From a virus (taxonomy: Duplodnaviria > Caudoviricetes): 54,345 nt of DNA. Of this stretch, positions 48,566 to 54,345 are shown piece by piece. Each line of letters starts with the position of its first letter. The stretch's first letter is position 1. The translations under genes were made by a program, and so were the position numbers. A model generated the notes under the pieces. It ran no database searches. It saw only the letters and a list, made by a program, of their open reading frames with translations, and was not told the DNA's origin. The DNA lies in the IMG/VR virus record IMGVR_UViG_3300020401_001611, positions 1 to 54,345 of that record; one strand, written 5' to 3'.

Positions 48566-49587
48566 TATTTTTTATCTCCGGATAAATTACTATTACCTGG
48601 TATCAACTTAGACATTTGTTTTTTTGTGTCTGGAGTTTTACTAACACTGCTTTTTCCTAAAACTTTTCTTACACTGTTACATATTTCTTCTATTTGTGTT
48701 TCTGTAAGTTCCATAACTTCATCGTTATGTCTGTCTTGTTCTTCTTCCATTGTCAAACGTATAGGTGCGTATAATCTTTTTCCTTCACCTACGTCAATAA
48801 TATCAAACTTAGGATCATCAGGATATGAAATATTGATAGGGTATGTGCTTCCTGTTACAATAGTTGCTGTGCCGCCTAATGCTTTTACCATATGTTGTCC
48901 TAAACTGTCACACCCTAAAAAATGATCAGCTACATCAATAATGCTTGACCAAATTCTTAATTCTGGAATTTGAGGTTGTGCAACAGGATACTTTGTGTTT
49001 TCACTTTCTTCTAAAGGTACAGGTATTTCACTCATTATAATAACGCCATACTCTTTTTTTAGAATATTAATTATATCAACAATATTGTTTAGCTGGAAAC
49101 TTCTGCTTGTAGGATCAATTATAAAATCGCCGTGTGTTTCTGTAGATCTTCCAAAAGGTTGAACAACTAAAACTTTGTCTTTTCCAGTTTTTTGTTTTAC
49201 TTCATCTACTATTGTTGCCGCAGTCACCATTTCCTGTTTGTTTATATAGATATTTGGTTTGTCTAATTTGCGAACACCTTCTCCATTTATTTCAATATCA
49301 AATGCTTGTGCAAGATCACATTTTTGATTGTAGTATTCCCATATTCTATATGGTTCTGGTGAAATACAATTCCTATGTTTTATATGTTCTTCAAATAATC
49401 CTTTGTGCCAATGGTCATATGCTCTGTTATGAAGGGTAGGATGTCCTTTGTAAAAATCCATACCTGCTTCACAAACAATTATAAAGTCATCATTGGGATT
49501 TTCTTTTTGGTATAGCTCAAATGCAGGAATAGAACAGATAACTCTGCCTGCTCCTCCGTTAATAAAAAATGCAGTAGATCTTGTCAA
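48565..49587 (-). CDS. GT-B glycosyltransferase, GT9 (heptosyltransferase)-like
   Basis: GGAGRVICSIPA, VVQPFG and IIDVADHFLGCDSLGQHMVKALG (compare GT9 AD.FIG.DSG..H.A.ALG); TTG start with AAGGAG SD. Confidence 0.65.
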   Translation of the reverse strand: MTRSTAFFINGGAGRVICSIPAFELYQKENPNDDFIIVCEAGMDFYKGHPTLHNRAYDHWHKGLFEEHIKHRNCISPEPYRIWEYYNQKCDLAQAFDIEINGEGVRKLDKPNIYINKQEMVTAATIVDEVKQKTGKDKVLVVQPFGRSTETHGDFIIDPTSRSFQLNNIVDIINILKKEYGVIIMSEIPVPLEESENTKYPVAQPQIPELRIWSSIIDVADHFLGCDSLGQHMVKALGGTATIVTGSTYPINISYPDDPKFDIIDVGEGKRLYAPIRLTMEEEQDRHNDEVMELTETQIEEICNSVRKVLGKSSVSKTPDTKKQMSKLIPGNSNLSGDKK

Positions 49588-49608
49588 AATAAACTCCTTA
49601 TAGTGTTA

Positions 49609-49647
49609 AGTATAACACAAGATATTTGATAATGCAAGATATTTATT
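49609..49647 (-). promoter_or_regulatory. Tandem late box AATAAATA (49640-49647) and sigma70-like TTGCAT-N17-TATACT
   Basis: -35 at 49632-49637 and -10 at 49609-49614, ahead of the modification operon. Confidence 0.6.
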
Positions 49648-49667
49648 GGTAAATTTTTAGGAAAGGA

Positions 49668-49697
49668 GTAAAAGCGAGAGACTTACCCTCGCTTTAA
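49668..49697 (-). terminator. Probable terminator after the chaperone gene
   Basis: Minus strand AAAGCGAGG-loop-TCTCGCTTTT immediately after the stop at 49700. Confidence 0.6.
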
Positions 49698-49699
49698 CA

Positions 49700-50428
49700 T
49701 TACATAATAATTGATGTTGTATCTGGATCTATCATTCCTGTTTCTGGATCTGCACCAACTTGTATTGGTTCCATGTAATAAGCAAACAATGGTGGAATGC
49801 CATTTGATTGCATTGTATTAGGCCAGTCACGCAGTCTCTGTCTATAATCTTTCCAAGCATTTTTTAGATCAGTTGGCATGTCATCAACAATTTCTGCATC
49901 ACTGTTTTTTAACAATGAATCTCTTTTTGCTCTTACATCATCCCATGTAAGATCTCTCTCAACGTCTATCCCCATAACAGTATCTCTAGGTTCTCTAGTA
50001 GGTAAAGTAGGTGTACCATCTTCGGCAAACGTAATCTTTTCTCTATCTATAAATTGATAAGGAAGCACAGGTGTTTGATATGTAAATTTTGCATATCCTG
50101 TTATATCTTTTGCTCCTGTTGGCGTTGCTTCTCCAGTATGATCCTCTTCCATTTCGTCAATAATAGGTCCTCTAAGTTGACATAATACTGGATTTTTAAT
50201 GCAGTCTATTTCTACGTATCTACAATCCTCTGGCACTGGTCTGCCGTCATTTTTTTCTATTTCAGTAATAGGTCCTAATTCTTCTTTGCCCGTTGCATTG
50301 TTTACAATGAAGAAAAGTTTGTCTGGACCGTCATATGTAGCTGTCCGCGTTTTTCCATCAGTAAACGTATGATCAACACACAATTCATTCGGTATATCGT
50401 ATGTATATTCAAATTGTACCATTGGCAT
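49700..50428 (-). CDS. Tail fibre assembly chaperone-like protein
   Basis: C-terminal WDDVRAKRDSLLKNSD...WKDYRQRLRDWP motif; AATAAATA at 50450-50457. Confidence 0.75.
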   Translation of the reverse strand: MPMVQFEYTYDIPNELCVDHTFTDGKTRTATYDGPDKLFFIVNNATGKEELGPITEIEKNDGRPVPEDCRYVEIDCIKNPVLCQLRGPIIDEMEEDHTGEATPTGAKDITGYAKFTYQTPVLPYQFIDREKITFAEDGTPTLPTREPRDTVMGIDVERDLTWDDVRAKRDSLLKNSDAEIVDDMPTDLKNAWKDYRQRLRDWPNTMQSNGIPPLFAYYMEPIQVGADPETGMIDPDTTSIIM

Positions 50429-50456
50429 AATGTTTTCTCCTTGTTAATATATTTAT

Positions 50457-51266
50457 TTAAAAGTACGTTAGTTTTACTAGTCCTGGACCGCCGGTTCCAC
50501 CCTGTCCACAACATCTACCACAATAGTTTGATGTTGCTGATTGTCCGCCCATTCCATAGGGTACAATCCAACAACCGCATCTAATCCAACATACGTTTGA
50601 ATTTTGTTCTGCATATCCTGTGTTTAATCTTACTGCACCTGTTGAATGCCCAATATGCTTCCAACAGTGGCAAGCCCATCCCGGATACATAAATGCTGAC
50701 TGTCCTTGGAAGTTACCACCGTGTGTATAACCTACATAATCTCCACTTGAACTTGTACCGTTACATCCTGGTCTAACACAGTATGGCATAGTACTATGAC
50801 ACTGATCAGTCCATGCAGTGTTTGCACAGCCTAATTGCCCGCCACATGCACAGACACATAATCCATATCCACAAACAAAAGAACTACAGCCGTTACATCC
50901 AAAACATTCTCTACTCAAGCATCTATAAACGCCTGCGGCACACATTCTATATGTGCATCCAGCATTAGTCTGTACGTGCTTGCTTGTGTAAGCACCACCC
51001 CCTGGTGGTTTTGTATGATGACATCTGTTACATGAACATGCACCATTTCCGTTACCGCCTGCACCCCATAGTTCAAATGTTGCATTTCTAGTATTTGACG
51101 GCATAGTAAACAAACAACAGCATCCTGCAGAACATCTACAAGGATTACCGTATGTCCATTTTACACACCAATTATCCCGTACACCGTTGACAAAATTATT
51201 TGAATCAACAGCACCATCAACAATTTGACTGCTTGTAACTTTTTTGTAACTTCTATAATTTGCCAT
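50457..51266 (-). CDS. Cys-rich, Gly-rich-domain tail-associated protein (paralog 3)
   Basis: About 31 Cys; FELWGAGG, CSCNRCHH, CWIRCGCW and CGRCCGQGGTGG motifs. Confidence 0.8.
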   Translation of the reverse strand: MANYRSYKKVTSSQIVDGAVDSNNFVNGVRDNWCVKWTYGNPCRCSAGCCCLFTMPSNTRNATFELWGAGGNGNGACSCNRCHHTKPPGGGAYTSKHVQTNAGCTYRMCAAGVYRCLSRECFGCNGCSSFVCGYGLCVCACGGQLGCANTAWTDQCHSTMPYCVRPGCNGTSSSGDYVGYTHGGNFQGQSAFMYPGWACHCWKHIGHSTGAVRLNTGYAEQNSNVCWIRCGCWIVPYGMGGQSATSNYCGRCCGQGGTGGPGLVKLTYF

Positions 51267-51274
51267 ATTTTATC

Positions 51275-52054
51275 CTAAATATAAGTAATCCTAACTAAGC
51301 CGCCGCCTCCGGTGCCTCCTTGACCGCAACAACGTCCGCAGTATGTGTTCATTGCACTCTGTCCACCTGTTCCGTATGGTACACTCCAACAACCACAACG
51401 TACCCAACATTGTCTAATACCTTGACTAGATATAGCTCCTATGATAGGTGCAACACCTTGATGAATTTCTTGTGGGTGACAATGACAGTATGTGCCTGCT
51501 GTACTAAATGCAGGATTTTGTGATACTACATACATATCTCCGTTGTTATGGGTAGGACATCTACAATATGCATTTGTTCCAAAACAGCCATTTGACCATG
51601 CTGTGTTAGCTTCTGATCTATAGCCTCCGCATGCACAGAATCCTGATAAATTATAACCGTTCATGTATGTTGTACAACCGTTACAACCTGTGCATTCACG
51701 GCTTAAACATCTGTACACCCCTGCCGCACATACACTGTATGTACAACCCGGTGCAGTAGCAATGGTTTTTGTGTTATGACTTCCTCCCATAGCAGCCTTG
51801 AAATGATGACATCTATTACATGAGCAAGCACCAGCTCCGTTGCCTCCTGCTCCCCATAATTCAATTGTCATTCTACATACACCTGTTGGAACTGTCCAAT
51901 TACAGCAACAACCAGATGAACATCTGCATGGAATACCATGGAACCATTTTACACCAAAATTATTCAACGTATTTGAATTGATGTCATTATCGGTTAACGT
52001 ACCATTTACGAATTGATCACCGTGTACTTTCTTATAACTTGCATATGTAGCCAT
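51275..52054 (-). CDS. Cys-rich, Gly-rich-domain tail-associated protein (paralog 2)
   Basis: About 28 Cys; same motifs as the neighbouring paralogs. Confidence 0.8.
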   Translation of the reverse strand: MATYASYKKVHGDQFVNGTLTDNDINSNTLNNFGVKWFHGIPCRCSSGCCCNWTVPTGVCRMTIELWGAGGNGAGACSCNRCHHFKAAMGGSHNTKTIATAPGCTYSVCAAGVYRCLSRECTGCNGCTTYMNGYNLSGFCACGGYRSEANTAWSNGCFGTNAYCRCPTHNNGDMYVVSQNPAFSTAGTYCHCHPQEIHQGVAPIIGAISSQGIRQCWVRCGCWSVPYGTGGQSAMNTYCGRCCGQGGTGGGGLVRITYI

Positions 52055-52064
52055 TAATTATTCC

Positions 52065-52847
52065 TTACGTAAATGTTAATTTTACAACTCCTGGTCCACC
52101 TGTACCACCTTGTCCACAACAACGTCCACAGTATGAATTCATAGCACCTTGTCCACCGTGTCCTGGAGGTGCAATCCAACAACCACAGCGTATCCAACAC
52201 ACAGATTGAGATGTTGCAACATTTCCTCCTAGGAAAGGAGCCGCTGTTGGTCTTACATACTGATGGTGACAATGACAGTTAAATATTCCGCTAAAATGCC
52301 CAGTGTGACTCATAATATGAAAATCACCTCTACCTGTGCTGCATCCTGGTGCAATACAACAGGTCCAACAACTCATACAATAATGTGTCCAATCTGTATT
52401 TGCATTTGCACAACGTCCGCCAACTGTACAAAGTTGACATGCATTGTATCCGCAAACATAAGATATACAACCATTACATGATGAGCAGTTTCTACTTAGG
52501 CAACGATATACCCCACCTGCACACATTCTGTATTGGCATCCAGGTGTAGTTGAAACCATTTTTGAATTGTAAGAACCGCCACCAGCACCTTGGAAATGGT
52601 GACATCTGTTACATGAGCATGCACCTTGGCCATTGCCTCCTGCCGCCCAAAGTTCAAAATAAACACGTCTAGTACATGCAGGTACTGTCCATAAACAACA
52701 ACATCCTGCAGAACAACGACAAGCGTTGCCTATTAACCATTTAGTGCATAATCTATGTCTTACATCGGTACCAAGTTTATCTTCAGTAACAGTGCCGTCA
52801 ATAATTTGTTCGTTTGTGACTTTTTTATAACTTTCATATGTGGCCAT
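52065..52847 (-). CDS. Cys-rich, Gly-rich-domain tail-associated protein (paralog 1)
   Basis: About 33 Cys; AGGAG SD; same motifs as the neighbouring paralogs. Confidence 0.8.
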   Translation of the reverse strand: MATYESYKKVTNEQIIDGTVTEDKLGTDVRHRLCTKWLIGNACRCSAGCCCLWTVPACTRRVYFELWAAGGNGQGACSCNRCHHFQGAGGGSYNSKMVSTTPGCQYRMCAGGVYRCLSRNCSSCNGCISYVCGYNACQLCTVGGRCANANTDWTHYCMSCWTCCIAPGCSTGRGDFHIMSHTGHFSGIFNCHCHHQYVRPTAAPFLGGNVATSQSVCWIRCGCWIAPPGHGGQGAMNSYCGRCCGQGGTGGPGVVKLTFT

Positions 52848-52859
52848 TCAAAACTCCTA

Positions 52860-53561
52860 TTAGATTGTAAAGATTCGCCATCCGTATGTGTCATTGTTAA
52901 ACACTAATTCAAAAGCCGCGTCCTCTGTTGTGACTGTTAAGTCACTTGCATCACTGTTAATTAATTTACCATTCCTTGCAACAGTCATGTTTGAACCGCT
53001 TACTAAGAAAAATCTTACTCTATCACCTCTTGCTGGCGCACTAGGTAATGTAACTGTATAGTTTCCTTGTACCCAATTTGTTTGCCAACTTAATGTTGTT
53101 CTACTTGTTGATACTGTAACATCTTGGAATCCGCCCACTGTCCAACTTGTGCCGTTGTACCATTCTAAATGTCCATAATCAGTGTTAAAACGCACCATGC
53201 CTTCTGTCGGAGAACCAGGTCGCTGTGCTGTTGTACCACTTGGTATAGTCATATGAGTTGAATTTGCCGCTGTCAGATATTGTGTTGTTAAATGTCCTGT
53301 GGAATTTATATTACCACCCGAATAAATGTTATTTGCTACACCAATACCTCCACTAAACACTGCTCCACCTGTTGCAGTAGTTGTAGAGTTATCAGTATTT
53401 TGTACTAATAGTTGAGGATTACTAGGTATTATAACATCACCTGAACCATTTGGTTCAATTGTAATATTTTCATTCGGAACAAGGCTTGATATTTTATTAT
53501 CAATACTTACCAATCTTGCAAGTAGCGGTCTTCCTACTGTTCCTGTGTTAATTCTACGCAT
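52860..53561 (-). CDS. Tail fibre/baseplate-associated structural protein
   Basis: GTTAQRP...GMVRFNT...EWYNGTSW fibre motif; C-terminal TVTLPSAP..GDRV..TVARNG domain. Confidence 0.7.
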   Translation of the reverse strand: MRRINTGTVGRPLLARLVSIDNKISSLVPNENITIEPNGSGDVIIPSNPQLLVQNTDNSTTTATGGAVFSGGIGVANNIYSGGNINSTGHLTTQYLTAANSTHMTIPSGTTAQRPGSPTEGMVRFNTDYGHLEWYNGTSWTVGGFQDVTVSTSRTTLSWQTNWVQGNYTVTLPSAPARGDRVRFFLVSGSNMTVARNGKLINSDASDLTVTTEDAAFELVFNNDTYGWRIFTI

Positions 53562-53571
53562 AGTTGCTCCT

Positions 53572-53892
53572 TTATGTAGTTGCTGTTTCTATACCATACA
53601 CTACAACATTTACATCAGTACTGTTTGAATAACAAACAATATTCTTTGTCGCATCGAGTACGATACCGCCTCTTTCTAAACTACCGTTTCCTAATAGTTC
53701 AGTATCATATTCTAAATATTCAGCGTTAGTTGGTGTGCCTGTAGCAGACACAGCAAGTCTAATATCACGTGATGCACTGTTCCTGTTTGTAATGTTCACA
53801 GTTACTACTGAAAACGTATCTGCAGGCACAGTATATACAGTTGCATTTGCTGCTGCTGCTAAATCTGCTGTTCCTAATATTCCAGTTGCCAT
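53572..53892 (-). CDS. Small virion structural protein (beta-sandwich-like)
   Basis: TVYTVPA...NITNR motif; GGAG SD; located in the tail operon. Confidence 0.65.
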   Translation of the reverse strand: MATGILGTADLAAAANATVYTVPADTFSVVTVNITNRNSASRDIRLAVSATGTPTNAEYLEYDTELLGNGSLERGGIVLDATKNIVCYSNSTDVNVVVYGIETATT

Positions 53893-53907
53893 TTTATTTT
53901 TCTCCGT

Positions 53908-54345
53908 TTATCTTAAAAAGTAATTAAAAGCCATTGGTAAACCAAGTACACTCTTGCTGAAGTTTACATTTGCTTTTATATTTATCAGTTCTCCACTAAC
54001 CGTTGTAATTTGGTTGGTGTTTATAAAAATGTCACCAGCTGTAACACTGTTGACGTTAAGAGTGGCACCACCGCCACCAATTTGTGCTTCAATGTATGCT
54101 TTAACTGCTCGCTGTGTTGGAACAACACTATCGCTGTTAGCAGTAAAGAATGGGTCTGTTGAGAACTCTGTAACTGAAGCACTGTTACCACCTAGTGTAA
54201 CCTCACCAAGTGTAAGTTCTTGTAGTCCTGCAATGTTAAATGCTTCTGCATTCAATGTTGCAACACCTGTTGCTTGTTCAATACTAAACAAGTCTCCAAC
54301 TCTAAAGTTACCATCTTGGTCAGTTGCGGTAAAGAACACTCTACC
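53908..54345 (-). CDS. C-terminal part of a large tail fibre/baseplate protein (starts beyond the window)
   Basis: Frame is open to the right edge; FFTATDQDGNFRVG and EFSTD..VPTQRAVKAY motifs of T4-like fibre proteins. Confidence 0.7.
   Translation of the reverse strand, partial: GRVFFTATDQDGNFRVGDLFSIEQATGVATLNAEAFNIAGLQELTLGEVTLGGNSASVTEFSTDPFFTANSDSVVPTQRAVKAYIEAQIGGGGATLNVNSVTAGDIFINTNQITTVSGELINIKANVNFSKSVLGLPMAFNYFLR

Noticed and set aside
50457-52847. Cys-rich genes as DGR targets or RiPP precursors
   Set aside because: No reverse transcriptase or near-identical template repeat is visible; the proteins are about 260 aa with a fibre-type scaffold rather than leader-core peptides.
640-53923. 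Numerous 60-160 aa plus-strand ORFs opposite recognised minus-strand genes
   Set aside because: They overlap genes with clear family motifs and have shadow-like composition.
1-54345. tRNA or rRNA genes; bacterial chromosome origin
   Set aside because: Intergenic gaps are short with no cloverleaf seen. Host-like genes are embedded among phage genes and share the phage promoter motifs.

Overview
This window is an AT-rich, densely coding segment of a large T4-like (myovirus, probably jumbo) bacteriophage genome; most genes are on the minus strand. The marine alphaproteobacterial host is my inference from the BMP transporter and the zf-CHCC protein. Left to right it holds: (i) a glycan-tailoring cassette (GT8-like, cytidylyltransferase-cupin, pyruvyltransferase, FkbM, 2OG-Fe(II) oxygenase); (ii) uvsY, uvsX and gene 32; (iii) the large terminase; (iv) a host-like purine scavenging operon (BMP substrate-binding protein, IPNS-like 2OG oxygenase, apt) behind a structured leader; (v) probable internal head proteins, one ending in a 39-bp/13-aa basic repeat; (vi) head-completion, tube, sheath and neck genes with dNMP kinase and an HNH gene; (vii) fibre and appendage genes, including two cupredoxin-motif proteins and a subtilisin; (viii) a ~9.4-kb operon encoding ADP-heptose enzymes (HldE, HldD, GmhB), a GT9-like transferase, a NodU/CmcH carbamoyltransferase and five 2OG-Fe(II) oxygenases, directly downstream of (ix) a fibre chaperone and three paralogous proteins with 28-33 cysteines each. 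The best candidate for an undescribed system is (viii)+(ix): a phage pathway that may hydroxylate, carbamoylate and heptosylate Cys-rich, probably metal-binding tail appendages. Several TAAATA late-promoter boxes sit 4-7 nt from ATGs with no SD, suggesting leaderless late mRNAs. I saw no tRNA, rRNA or CRISPR array. All calls come from motif recognition by eye; no searches were run.
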